NCBI GenBank assembly: GCA_965263035.1 | Contig: OZ253580.1 | Coordinates: forward strand, 3,200,001-3,264,000 | Origin: Acidobacteriota bacterium | GTDB lineage: Bacteria > Acidobacteriota > UBA6911 > RPQK01 > JAJDTT01 | Reading direction: 5' to 3' | Length of the DNA: 64,000 nt | Part shown: positions 21,569 through 30,662 of the stretch, one piece after another | Numbering within the stretch: the stretch's first letter is position 1 | How the letters are laid out: every line of letters begins with the position of its first letter | Made by a program: the position numbers and the translations under genes | The notes under the pieces: model-generated | What the model saw: the letters and a program-made list of their open reading frames with translations, nothing else | Databases searched by the model: none | What the model was told of the DNA's origin: nothing

Positions 21569-21961
21569 ATGAGCAACCGAAGACTCAGGATCCTCATCGC
21601 CAAGCCGGGGCTCGACGGACACGACCGGGGAGCCAAGATCGTGGCCCGCGCCCTCCGCGATGCCGGAATGGAGGTCATCTATACGGGGTTGCGCCAGACT
21701 CCCGAACAGATCGTGCAGGCCGCCATCCAGGAAGACGTGGACGCCATCGGACTTTCCATCCTCTCGGGTGCTCACGAGCACCTTTTCAACCGGATCATGC
21801 AGCTTCTGGCCGACCAGGATGCCTTGGACATCCTGGTCTTCGGAGGCGGCATCATCCCGGACGAAGACATTCCCGGCCTCAAGGAGCTGGGTGTGGCCGA
21901 GATCTTTCAACCGGGATCCTCTACCCAGGACATCATCCGGTTTCTGAATCAGGCCGTCTGA
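21569..21961 (+). CDS. Cobalamin-binding small subunit of acyl-CoA mutase
   Basis: [10 protein letters not shown] (DxHxxG), GLSILSG, GGIIP. Confidence 0.95.
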   Translation: MSNRRLRILIAKPGLDGHDRGAKIVARALRDAGMEVIYTGLRQTPEQIVQAAIQEDVDAIGLSILSGAHEHLFNRIMQLLADQDALDILVFGGGIIPDEDIPGLKELGVAEIFQPGSSTQDIIRFLNQAV

Positions 21962-21999
21962 CCCCGTATCGTCGAGGCGGCGGAATCGGGGAATTCCGG

Positions 22000-23028
22000 T
22001 CAACCGGACTCACGCAGGAGCGACCGCACCGCCTCCAATACGCGGGGGACGGTGATCGACCGGATGCACATGGGCTCCTGGTAGTGAAGGCAGTAGTAAC
22101 CCGGGCAGGGAATGCATGGGAGGTCGGATCGAATCAAGCGGTGGCGGGTCCCCCACGGAGACCAGACCGGGGAGTCGGAAGACCCGAAGATGACCACCAG
22201 GGGCTTGCCCAGGGCCGCGGCGATATGGGTCGTGCCCGTGTCATTCCCCAGGTAGAGCCGGCACAGGGAGGCCAGGGCGATGAACTGGTCCAGCGGAAGC
22301 GGTCCCATGAATTGGACCGAGGCCGGAGCGGTATTCCTGAGCTCCTCCAGGAGCGGCTCCTGGCCCGGACCCGCGGTGAACACGATCGGATGACCCTCGT
22401 TCTCCAGAAGCGTCGAGGTCTCCGCATACCTGGCCGGTTCCCACTGCTTGGTCTCGAACGCGGCGCCTGGATGAATCAGGATGAAACCCGCTTCGATGGC
22501 ATGCCGGGAAAGGAGTGTCCGGACCCGGTCCAGGGCCGAGGTCTCGACCGGAACCTGGAGCGGCGGTAGGGGGTCTACCTGGAAGCCAAGATGTATGAAG
22601 GGCGAAAGCTGGTGTTCGACGGTGTGGATCGAATCCTTTCCCCAGATCTGACGCGAATCGGGTACCGATCGATTGTAGAAACGGCGGCTGCGGCTGCTGG
22701 CGTAGCCGATGCGCACGGCCGCGCCCGAAAGAGCGGTGATGAGAGCGCTGGTGGTCCCGCCATGGAGGTCAACGGTCAGGTCCGGCGAGAACCTTCGGGC
22801 CGCCCGAATGGCCAAGCTCCGGGTCATGAATTTGGATCGGCCGCGGGGGATTGTAATGATCCGATCCACGTCGGGATTGTTCGCCAGCACCTCGTGAAAC
22901 GGCGCTTCCAGGAGCACGGCGACCCGCGTTCCGGGATCTCGTTTGAGGACCGTGAGAGCCGGGGTCATCAAGACCGCGTCCCCCAGAGAGCGCAGGCGCA
23001 CGAGCAGGACGCGGGAACGGCGGGTCAT
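22000..23028 (-). CDS. Glycosyltransferase family 9 (LPS heptosyltransferase-like)
   Basis: RSLGDAVL, HPGA..TKQW, GNDTGTTHIAAALG. Confidence 0.9.
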   Translation of the reverse strand: MTRRSRVLLVRLRSLGDAVLMTPALTVLKRDPGTRVAVLLEAPFHEVLANNPDVDRIITIPRGRSKFMTRSLAIRAARRFSPDLTVDLHGGTTSALITALSGAAVRIGYASSRSRRFYNRSVPDSRQIWGKDSIHTVEHQLSPFIHLGFQVDPLPPLQVPVETSALDRVRTLLSRHAIEAGFILIHPGAAFETKQWEPARYAETSTLLENEGHPIVFTAGPGQEPLLEELRNTAPASVQFMGPLPLDQFIALASLCRLYLGNDTGTTHIAAALGKPLVVIFGSSDSPVWSPWGTRHRLIRSDLPCIPCPGYYCLHYQEPMCIRSITVPRVLEAVRSLLRESG

Positions 23029-23231
23029 CCCCCGGCTTGTTCGGTCGCGGACGGACCTTCCGGCGGTTCGATGCTGGCCTCATCGATGAGCATCACCGGG
23101 ATATCGTCACGGATAGGGTAGACTCGGAAACAGGAACCGCACCTCAATCCGTTGCCGTCTGCAGTCAGGAGCACCTCGGTCTTGCATACCGGGCAGGCCA
23201 GGATCTCCAGCAACTCCGGGTTGATTGCCAT
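23025..23231 (-). CDS. Trm112/YcaR family protein
   Basis: LLEILACPVCK...C..C...YPIRDDIPVMLIDEA. Confidence 0.92.
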   Translation of the reverse strand: MAINPELLEILACPVCKTEVLLTADGNGLRCGSCFRVYPIRDDIPVMLIDEASIEPPEGPSATEQAGG

Positions 23232-23427
23232 CGGGTAAGACTACCGGCTGGGACTCGCCGGGGTCAATCCGACTCGGCCGGGGACTCCGCGGTTTCGGCA
23301 GTTCTCCCCTGAGGACGGCAATGACTGGGTGAGGCAAACAACGGCTGCGACGTGCGAGCTCCGAGAGAGTTCTCCGCTCCTCTCAAGGCCCCCAACCTCG
23401 CACGGTGCCGTTCCGGAGACTTGGCAG

Positions 23428-24185
23428 ATGAGTCGTTATACGTTCCGTGATACCGACCCGGCTGAAGTGAGACTTGCCCTTCTCGCGAAGGTCTTCGAGC
23501 CGGAGATGCGTGTGCTTCTGGCAAGGCTCCCGGAGAGACCGGTTCGGTTCGCCCTCGATCTAGATTCACTACCCGGCTTCTCATGGATGTCGTCCAACCG
23601 CAACGCGCTGTGGGAATGGATATATCCGGGAGTTACGTGCGATCGGCTCGGGCCGGATTTCCGGATCTCGAGTTCGTGGAGCACGACGTGACACAGACTC
23701 CGTTCCCCATTGAGAGCCCGGACTTCATCATTGCGCGGTTTTTGTCGACCCACCTTTCGGATCCTGAGGGCATTCTCGGAGCGTGGGCGAATGAAATGGC
23801 ACCCCGGGGTCTGGTTGCCGTCGCTGAAGTGGAGTTCATCAACATCGAACATCCCGTATTCTCGACCTATCTGTCCGTTGTGGAGAGCTTGATTGCCGAC
23901 AGCGGTGGAAAGCTCTACCTGGGACCGCGCCTGGCCGCCGCTGATCCCAAAGAGTTGCGGCGACTGTCGAGCGAGGTCTACAGGGCGCCGGTTTCTACGG
24001 GGGACGCCGCGAAAATGTTCTCGCTTAACTTGAGCGTCTGGAGGTCAGACCGTTTCGTCGTCGACAATTACGAAACCAGTTTTCTGGATGTCCTCGCCCG
24101 CCGACTCGAACAGCTCCAGGCTCAGACCTGCAGGGACAGGATCGAATGGGGGATACGCCATATTGTGTATGAACGTCTCGATTGA
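23428..24185 (+). pseudogene. Class I SAM-dependent methyltransferase, frameshifted by a deletion in motif I
   Basis: One frame reads MSRYTF...RFALDL up to 23562. Another frame from 23565 reads FTTRLLMDVVQPQRAVGMDIS...HDVT...PRG. The GxGxG loop between them is missing. Confidence 0.8.
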
Positions 24186-24271
24186 CGGAAGCACGGCGGT
24201 GACGGCCATTGTCACGAGCCGGTGACCTCATTCGGGTTGTCCCAATCTGTCATGCGAGGCGAACGGGCCGG

Positions 24272-24835
24272 TCAGCTTCCCAGTTCTGCCGTCACCAGCT
24301 TTCGGTGCCGGGCTCCCCAACTGTGCAGTCGGCTCTCGAAAAGATGGATCTGACGGACCCAGAATGAAACCGGATTCGTCCGCTTCTCTTCCTGGTCGAG
24401 AAAGTCCGACAGCCGCTTCTGATTCCGGGAGGATTTCAGGCGAAGCAGGGTCAGGTGAGGTCTGAACTTCTTCCCCTCCCGGTCGAATCCCAGTTGTTGC
24501 AACTCGAGTTCCAGGAGCTGATGCAGACGTTCCAGATCCCCCTCTCCGGTGACACCGGCCCAGACGATACGAGGCCGTTTCCGGCTGGGGAAGGCGTCCA
24601 GGCTCCGGACCGCCAGAGGGATGGGCCGGACCTGCCGCGCGCAACGGCGAATCGCGTCTCCAAGTCCGGGGACTCGAGTCTCCTCGACGTTGCCCAGGAA
24701 TCGCAGGGTCAAGTGGATGGTGGAGACCGGCGCCAGTCTGGCGTCCAGGTCCAAGGAGCCGAGGGCGGCCGAGACGGAGCTCAAGTGGTTCTTGGCTTGG
24801 GGCGGGACTTCGACGGCGATGAAGGCACGGATCAC
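24272..24835 (-). CDS. thpR: RNA 2',3'-cyclic phosphodiesterase (2H family)
   Basis: RAFIAV, HLTLRFLG, FRPHLTL. GTG start overlaps the cinA stop. Confidence 0.92.
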   Translation of the reverse strand: MIRAFIAVEVPPQAKNHLSSVSAALGSLDLDARLAPVSTIHLTLRFLGNVEETRVPGLGDAIRRCARQVRPIPLAVRSLDAFPSRKRPRIVWAGVTGEGDLERLHQLLELELQQLGFDREGKKFRPHLTLLRLKSSRNQKRLSDFLDQEEKRTNPVSFWVRQIHLFESRLHSWGARHRKLVTAELGS

Positions 24836-25380
24836 GTCAAATGCCTTCGGATCCAATCCAGGGCGATACGGCATGCGCCTGACCGGATCGCCTCGCGATC
24901 ACCCTCCAGCAGGAGTTTTCGGGCCCGGGTCTCCACGGAATCGGACAGGCCCAGATAGACCAGGCCCACCGGCTTTTCGGGACTTCCCCCGGAGGGGCCT
25001 GCGATCCCGGTCACCGAAATGCCCAGGTCGGCGCCGCTCCATTTCCGGACTCCCCGGGCCATCTGGCATGCGACCGCCTCGCTGACCGCGCCCCCTCGAT
25101 CCAAGGCCGCCGGACTCACCTTGAGATGCCGGGTCTTGAGGGCGTTGCTGTAGCTGATGATTCCGCCCCGGTAGAAATCGGAGCTGCCCGGAATGTCCGT
25201 CAAGAGCTTGCCCAGGTAGCCTCCCGTACACGACTCGGCGGTGGCGAGGGTCTTCCGCCGGCGTCTCAGCAAGCGTCCCACCACCGACTCGAGGGGCTCC
25301 TCCTCGTGGGTGCGATTCAAGGTTTTCGGCGCTGATCTCACGCCTTGCCGGGCGTCTGTCATCGACCTACGACGGAGCAA
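24832..25380 (-). CDS. cinA: CinA C-terminal domain protein (NMN deamidase, PncC-like)
   Basis: AESCTGG, GSS, YSNALK, GAVS, SVTGIAGP.GG..EKPVG; no N-terminal MoCF domain. Confidence 0.9.
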   Translation of the reverse strand: MLRRRSMTDARQGVRSAPKTLNRTHEEEPLESVVGRLLRRRRKTLATAESCTGGYLGKLLTDIPGSSDFYRGGIISYSNALKTRHLKVSPAALDRGGAVSEAVACQMARGVRKWSGADLGISVTGIAGPSGGSPEKPVGLVYLGLSDSVETRARKLLLEGDREAIRSGACRIALDWIRRHLT

Positions 25381-25840
25381 GGAAAGCGTAGACGATCCGC
25401 AGCAGCAGACCCGCGTAGAGGCCGGCGATCAGATCGTCACAGACGATTCCCATGCCTCCCCGGAGTCGTTCCACTTTCTTGATGGGATAGGGTTTCAGAA
25501 TGTCGAAAACGCGAAATGCCACGAAGCCCATGATCAGGAACGTCCACGAAAATGGAACCCAGAGCAGGCAGAAAATCTGTCCTACCACCTCGTCGATGAC
25601 GACGTGCGCAGGGTCGTGCCTGGCCTCCCGGCGGGCGACGCGTTCCGATGCCCAGATGCTGACGGGTAGAAGCAGCACGAGGGCCGCGCCGAGTTGCAGC
25701 GTGGCCGAGTCGGAAGCCCGGTGCAGCAGGGCGACGGCTCCGGCTGTGACCAGCGAGGCGAATGTCCCGGGAATGTACGGGACGTACCCAATACCGAGCG
25801 CGGTGCCCAGGGCGTTGGCAAGCCGACCGTTCTCACGCAT
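25367..25840 (-). CDS. pgpA: Phosphatidylglycerophosphatase A
   Basis: PGTFAS, DP.HVVIDEVVG, FRVFDILKP, GG.GIVCDDLIAG. Confidence 0.94.
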   Translation of the reverse strand: MRENGRLANALGTALGIGYVPYIPGTFASLVTAGAVALLHRASDSATLQLGAALVLLLPVSIWASERVARREARHDPAHVVIDEVVGQIFCLLWVPFSWTFLIMGFVAFRVFDILKPYPIKKVERLRGGMGIVCDDLIAGLYAGLLLRIVYAFLAPS

Positions 25841-26006
25841 TCTTCTCTTCCATGTCCTTCCCGGTCTGTCGGACGATTCGATATTCTCCACCCAGCCAAC
25901 GGCCCAGGTCCACGAACCTGCAGCGCTCACTGCAGAAGGGAGATTCGGGGTCATCCCTTTTCACGCTTCGTTTACAGATGGGGCACTTGGAGCTTGCTCG
26001 ACTCAT
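25833..26006 (-). CDS. yacG: DNA gyrase inhibitor YacG (57 aa; absent from ORF track)
   Basis: Manual translation MSRASSKCPICKRSVKRDDPESPFCSERCRFVDLGRWLGGEYRIVRQTGKDMEEKNA: CxxC, PFCSxRC, DLGRW. Overlaps the pgpA start. Confidence 0.93.
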   Translation of the reverse strand: MSRASSKCPICKRSVKRDDPESPFCSERCRFVDLGRWLGGEYRIVRQTGKDMEEKNA

Positions 26007-26032
26007 GTCCTGAACCTTCTATTCGAACCTGG

Positions 26033-26191
26033 GAGCCTGCGCCGCAGAAATTGAGCTACTGCGAAAGCGGTAGAATCGGTCCATATTTCCCCGATTTCTC
26101 GGCGAATAGAACAACTATGCACCTCAAAATCGAGAAAATCCGGCCTCGATTCCCCACTTTCTCGCTACGATCATTTCTACCGCGCAGACTC
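26033..26191 (+). mobile_element. MITE family A, copy 2 (159 bp, CTGG duplication)
   Basis: CTGG at 26029-26032 and 26192-26195. Confidence 0.9.
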
Positions 26192-26217
26192 CTGGCCTCC
26201 GGCGCGAACACACAATC

Positions 26218-28278
26218 TCAGATTCCGCCTGGACGCCGCAGTGAATTCAGCGAAACACGAATTTCCGCCAGTTCGGCAGGACTGGGATTCAGCCCACCAA
26301 AGCGGTTCCTATAATAGATCTCCGTCAGTCTCTGGGGCACGGTGCTCTTCAATGCGCAACTGATTCTCCCTGCGAATTCTCCGGGAGTCTCGGACCTCTT
26401 TCGGACCAGCCCCCGCCCTTCCAAAATCTGAACCAGCTCCAGATAGTAGTCGGGTATCAACGTGGAAGAACCTCGGGCCCATCTCCTGCCGGCCCAGCTT
26501 GTCCGTATTCTCCTCCAGAACCGCGGACCGGTCCGGACCAGGAGCAGTGCCGAAACCAGAACGGCCGTCGCCACGATGCCCGCCCGTTGCCAAGTGACTC
26601 CCGAGACCCACTCGGACCAGACGGCCAGTGAGCGCCGCCGCGAGCTGTCCCAGCTCTCCTTCCAGGAATCGCCCAGCGTCTGGAACAAGCCGTACTGTTT
26701 CAGGTGGTCGAAAGTCACCACATCCAGCCATGCCAGATCGATGGCATCCAGCAACTCGCGGAGAGCGGCAAGAACCGGAAGAGAGGCGACGGCGGAGACT
26801 GCCGGGGTGGCGTCGAACTCGATCCACTCCCGTCCCGGAAAATAGGCTTCGACCCAGCTGTGGGCATCCGAGTGGCGGACCATGAAGTAACCGTTCCACC
26901 GGTTGTAGTCTCCCCGCTTGAAGCCGTTGACGACCCGAGTCGGAATGCCCAATGTGCGCAGCAGGACGGCCTGGGCGGTAGCGAAATACTCACAGTGTCC
27001 GGCCCGCGACTCGAACAGGAAGTCGGAGAGCGGGTCACGGGTGGAGGCTGACGTGTTCTTGAGAGAGTACTCGTAGTTCTCCTTCAGGAACTGTTCCACC
27101 ATAAAGGCTTTGTGGATGGGGTCGGTGATTCCTGCGGTAATGCGCCGGGCCAGACGGACTACTTCCGGGTTCAACTCGGGAAGCTGCAGATAGTGTCGCC
27201 CTGGAGCCTCGACGTAGGCCGGAACGGGAGCCAGGGAGAGTTTCTCGTCTCGTGTCATCACGTCCGAGAAGATGGTGTACGTCCTGACCCCGACGTCGGC
27301 CGCCCTGAAGGACCGGTTCCCGTCCTGGAAAACGTAGGGTCCGTGGAGCCGCCCGGAAATAAGAATGATGTCCGGGAGCCCGAACAACACTCGGGTCAGC
27401 GGCTCCTGTTGGATGGTCTGGCGGATCAGGAACTCCTCCTGCCGGCGCCTGCCTGCCACCAGAAACCCCTGCAAGCGATCGTCTCGGGCGACCTGCCTGA
27501 GGCCCCGGGTACTGGACCACGTCTTTCCGTCGTAGTGATCGAAGGCGATACCCCTCCACTTCAGCCCTGGAGGCATCCGGTGCGGTGGCTTGTCCACTTT
27601 TATTCGCAACACCACCTCCTCGTTGATGAGGATCTCTCCCATTTCGCCGAGGCTCACTTTCTCGGAGAATCCGCTCAGATGGCCTGAATTGCGCTTTGGC
27701 GGCAACACTCCCAGGGTCCCCCGAGGAATGACCACGAAGATGGGGACGGAAACCAGCACCAGCAGCAGCGTAATGAGAAGGGCGGTCGAAAGATGCCCGC
27801 GCAGTGCGAGGTTGAGCCCGCGATTCTTCTCATAGGGATCCTTGCTTTCCAGCAACATGAGCACCAGCACGGCCAGGAAAAGGAAGAACAGGACCCAGAC
27901 CGGAAATGCGACGGAGATGGTGGTGGTGGATGCAATCAGGACGAAGGCAAAGGAGATGAACAGCAGCAGCAGGTAATCCCGCTTGGTACGAGTGCTGCAG
28001 AGCTTCACCAGACTGACCAGCATGAGCAGATGTGCCGTCGCGGGAACGAACGGGGAAAAGGCCACGGTGTCGACGACGAACAGGGTCAGCAGGATGCCGA
28101 AGACGATGCCTTGAACGGCGCCGTCCAGCCGGATTCGGGGCAGGAATCGAGTCGCAGCCAGGCAGGCAAGATAGCCGAGCAGCATCCCGCCGCCGATTTC
28201 GCCGGACGAGTAGAGTGTCGACACGCCCGTCACCTGTAGTCCGTAGCTGGTCAGATGCAGGGCCGTCCTGAACCGCAT
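26218..28278 (-). CDS. Membrane-anchored transglutaminase-like protein (TgpA family)
   Basis: N-terminal TM bundle; catalytic triad GHCEYFATA / AHSWVE / EFDATP; C-terminal SETPGEFA (DUF4129-like). Confidence 0.9.
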   Translation of the reverse strand: MRFRTALHLTSYGLQVTGVSTLYSSGEIGGGMLLGYLACLAATRFLPRIRLDGAVQGIVFGILLTLFVVDTVAFSPFVPATAHLLMLVSLVKLCSTRTKRDYLLLLFISFAFVLIASTTTISVAFPVWVLFFLFLAVLVLMLLESKDPYEKNRGLNLALRGHLSTALLITLLLVLVSVPIFVVIPRGTLGVLPPKRNSGHLSGFSEKVSLGEMGEILINEEVVLRIKVDKPPHRMPPGLKWRGIAFDHYDGKTWSSTRGLRQVARDDRLQGFLVAGRRRQEEFLIRQTIQQEPLTRVLFGLPDIILISGRLHGPYVFQDGNRSFRAADVGVRTYTIFSDVMTRDEKLSLAPVPAYVEAPGRHYLQLPELNPEVVRLARRITAGITDPIHKAFMVEQFLKENYEYSLKNTSASTRDPLSDFLFESRAGHCEYFATAQAVLLRTLGIPTRVVNGFKRGDYNRWNGYFMVRHSDAHSWVEAYFPGREWIEFDATPAVSAVASLPVLAALRELLDAIDLAWLDVVTFDHLKQYGLFQTLGDSWKESWDSSRRRSLAVWSEWVSGVTWQRAGIVATAVLVSALLLVRTGPRFWRRIRTSWAGRRWARGSSTLIPDYYLELVQILEGRGLVRKRSETPGEFAGRISCALKSTVPQRLTEIYYRNRFGGLNPSPAELAEIRVSLNSLRRPGGI

Positions 28279-28282
28279 TGCG

Positions 28283-29557
28283 TCAAATCCGCAAGTAGTC
28301 TATGGCCACCGATCCTGGCGGGACCCAGCGGTGGCCCGCGGCAACCACGATGCCGTTTCGCGCCGCCGTATGCTGGAAGGTTTCCGGGTGGCGGCTCACT
28401 GGCTGGACCAGCGCCAGACACTCCATGAACCTCTCGTAGCCGTTCCTGCGGCCGTCGACGCGGACCAGGGTCTCTCCGCACGTGAAACGGAACTTTTGAC
28501 CCATCCGCCAGTAATGGTCTCCCAGGGCCGCCACGCAGGAGACCCCCTTCTCGAACTGTTCCAGGCTGCGGGGAGAGAAATCATTCAGATCGGGATGAAA
28601 CGTCAGATCGATCAGGTTCTGATTCTCGGCGACGAAATCCCGGACCATGAGCTGATCCAACTTGGCCGTTGATTTCCAGTCCACCAGGCGGGCGCTGTCA
28701 CCGCTCTGGTAGCCTCGGATCCCGTAGAGGCTGTCACCGTGGCCTCTCAGGTTCAGGGCCTCCGCCCCTTGTAGCTCGGGATAGATGAAGAACAGGGTCT
28801 GCAGATTCATCAGCGCGGGGTAGACCAGGATGGAGCCTTGGGTCCGCAGCATTCTCTTGCGATGAAAGAGGCCGAAGGGGAATCTGGTGCCGAGCTCGAA
28901 GCCATCGACCGGATAGGAACCGCGGCGGCGGAACAGGCACTTCAGGTTCAACTTCAGGTCGGAGCGGACACCGATATAGGGAAAGACCTTCTCGCGGGTA
29001 AAGAAATCCGTCGCCGGTTCCGGATCCTGCTCCCGGTTCTGGCGGCCTCTCAGCTTCAGCGCGAAGGACGGGATCCAGCGCTTCAGGTTGTGCAGAGTGA
29101 CAAAACAGGTGGCGGTGTCCTGGGCCCGGATCGTCTCCGGCACGCTGATGCTCACCTTCAACCCGTGCAGGACCAGCGCTGACAGCAGTCCCGAAACCAG
29201 CAGCGCGGCCAGGAGAAGGGAGAGCAGGAGAACCAGCAGGTTGTTGCCCGAGTTCATGGAGGAGAATCCCATCACGGTCACCAACAGCAGGAAGAAGGCT
29301 CCTCGATGGGTGATGGACAGCGTGGGAATCCTCTCCCGCAGATCCCTCCGATAACGGGACAAGACGTAGGGCGCCAGCGTCACGGCGGCCAGAGAGGCGA
29401 AGATCAGCGAAACCAGGGCCAGAAAAGCCGCGGTATGGCTCTGACCGGTCCGGCGCGCCAGGGCGCTCAGGGCGGCCAGCATCGCCGCGGACACCAGTAG
29501 AATCAGTGGCCAGACGATTTCTCCCTGGGCCCACTTCAGCTTGAGCCGCCGAATCAT
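28283..29557 (-). CDS. DUF58 domain protein with N-terminal TM segments
   Basis: RRRG, TRFPFGLF, LVYP, IRGYQSGDSARLVDWKSTAK; start overlaps the moxR stop. Confidence 0.88.
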   Translation of the reverse strand: MIRRLKLKWAQGEIVWPLILLVSAAMLAALSALARRTGQSHTAAFLALVSLIFASLAAVTLAPYVLSRYRRDLRERIPTLSITHRGAFFLLLVTVMGFSSMNSGNNLLVLLLSLLLAALLVSGLLSALVLHGLKVSISVPETIRAQDTATCFVTLHNLKRWIPSFALKLRGRQNREQDPEPATDFFTREKVFPYIGVRSDLKLNLKCLFRRRGSYPVDGFELGTRFPFGLFHRKRMLRTQGSILVYPALMNLQTLFFIYPELQGAEALNLRGHGDSLYGIRGYQSGDSARLVDWKSTAKLDQLMVRDFVAENQNLIDLTFHPDLNDFSPRSLEQFEKGVSCVAALGDHYWRMGQKFRFTCGETLVRVDGRRNGYERFMECLALVQPVSRHPETFQHTAARNGIVVAAGHRWVPPGSVAIDYLRI

Positions 29558-30516
29558 CAGACCGGGACCTCGACCTGGTCCACAAGATCCGCAATGATCG
29601 ATTCGGCTTCCTGGGTCTTTTCCAGAGGCGACGCATGTCTGGGACTGACCAGCACGCGGTGGGAAAATACGGGCACCACCAAACGCTTGACATCGTCCGG
29701 GATGCAGTAGGACCTGCCCTGGAAATAGGCTAGCGCCTGAGCCGCCCGATACAGGAACATGGCGCCCCGGGTGCTTACTCCCAGGGCCAGGAGTTCGCAC
29801 TCCCGGGTGGCCCTCACCAGTGTCATGAGGTATCGCAGGAGCGTTTCTTCGAACCGCACTTCCTGAACCTCTTCCTGTCCCCTCATGAGATCCTCGGTGC
29901 TGATGACCGGATCGAGATCAGAGGTCTCATACCCTCCCTGCGAGCGCAGAATCTCCATTTCGTGAGACTCGCTGGGGTAGCCCATGGAGATGCGCATTAG
30001 AAACCGGTCCAACTGGGACTCCGGAAGCGGATAGGTTCCGTGGTGTTCGGTCGGGTTCTGGGTGGCGATCACCATGAAAGGCTGAGGCAGCAGGTGGGTG
30101 TGGTTGTCCACCGTGATCTTCGCCTCGCTCATGGCTTCCAGCAGAGCGCTCTGAGTCCTGGGGGTGGTTCGGTTGACTTCGTCGGCCAGCACCACGTTGG
30201 CAAACAGCGGGCCCGGCCGAAACTCGAAGTCCCGGTGCACCTGGTTGAAGACCGAGATCCCGGTGAGGTCCGAAGGGAGCAGATCACTGGTGAATTGGAT
30301 GCGCTGGAAGCGGCAGTCGACGGAACGCGCCAGAGCGTGAGCCAAGGTGGTCTTGCCGACGCCGGGGACGTCCTCCACCAGCATGTGTCCCCGGGCCAAC
30401 AGCGTCACCACCGCCAGCTCCACGACGTCGGATTTGCCCTTGATGACTCGTTCCACCGAGTACTGGAGGGCCTTGAATCTCTCCGTCAGACTGGCGATTC
30501 CAGCACCGTTTGACAC
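29557..30516 (-). CDS. MoxR family AAA+ ATPase
   Basis: EDVPGVGKT, RIQFTSDLLPSD, LADEVNR..PRTQSALLEAM, ATQNP.E..GTYPLPESQLDRF. Confidence 0.96.
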   Translation of the reverse strand: MSNGAGIASLTERFKALQYSVERVIKGKSDVVELAVVTLLARGHMLVEDVPGVGKTTLAHALARSVDCRFQRIQFTSDLLPSDLTGISVFNQVHRDFEFRPGPLFANVVLADEVNRTTPRTQSALLEAMSEAKITVDNHTHLLPQPFMVIATQNPTEHHGTYPLPESQLDRFLMRISMGYPSESHEMEILRSQGGYETSDLDPVISTEDLMRGQEEVQEVRFEETLLRYLMTLVRATRECELLALGVSTRGAMFLYRAAQALAYFQGRSYCIPDDVKRLVVPVFSHRVLVSPRHASPLEKTQEAESIIADLVDQVEVPV

Positions 30517-30528
30517 GGGCGTATGATA

Positions 30529-30547
30529 GCAGCCCGCGGCGAATATC
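30529..30547. repeat. Degenerate solo terminal repeat of MITE family B
   Basis: TA+gcagcccgcggcgaatatc. Confidence 0.5.
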
Positions 30548-30662
30548 GCTGAGTTCCGGCGGACGTCGCCGTTCCCCGGTCACAGGCTCCGGCAGCCGCC
30601 GTGGCCAAGGCCGGCCACGAGGGCCGCCCCTGCCGATCATGCCGGTTCCGGTCCCGGCGGCG

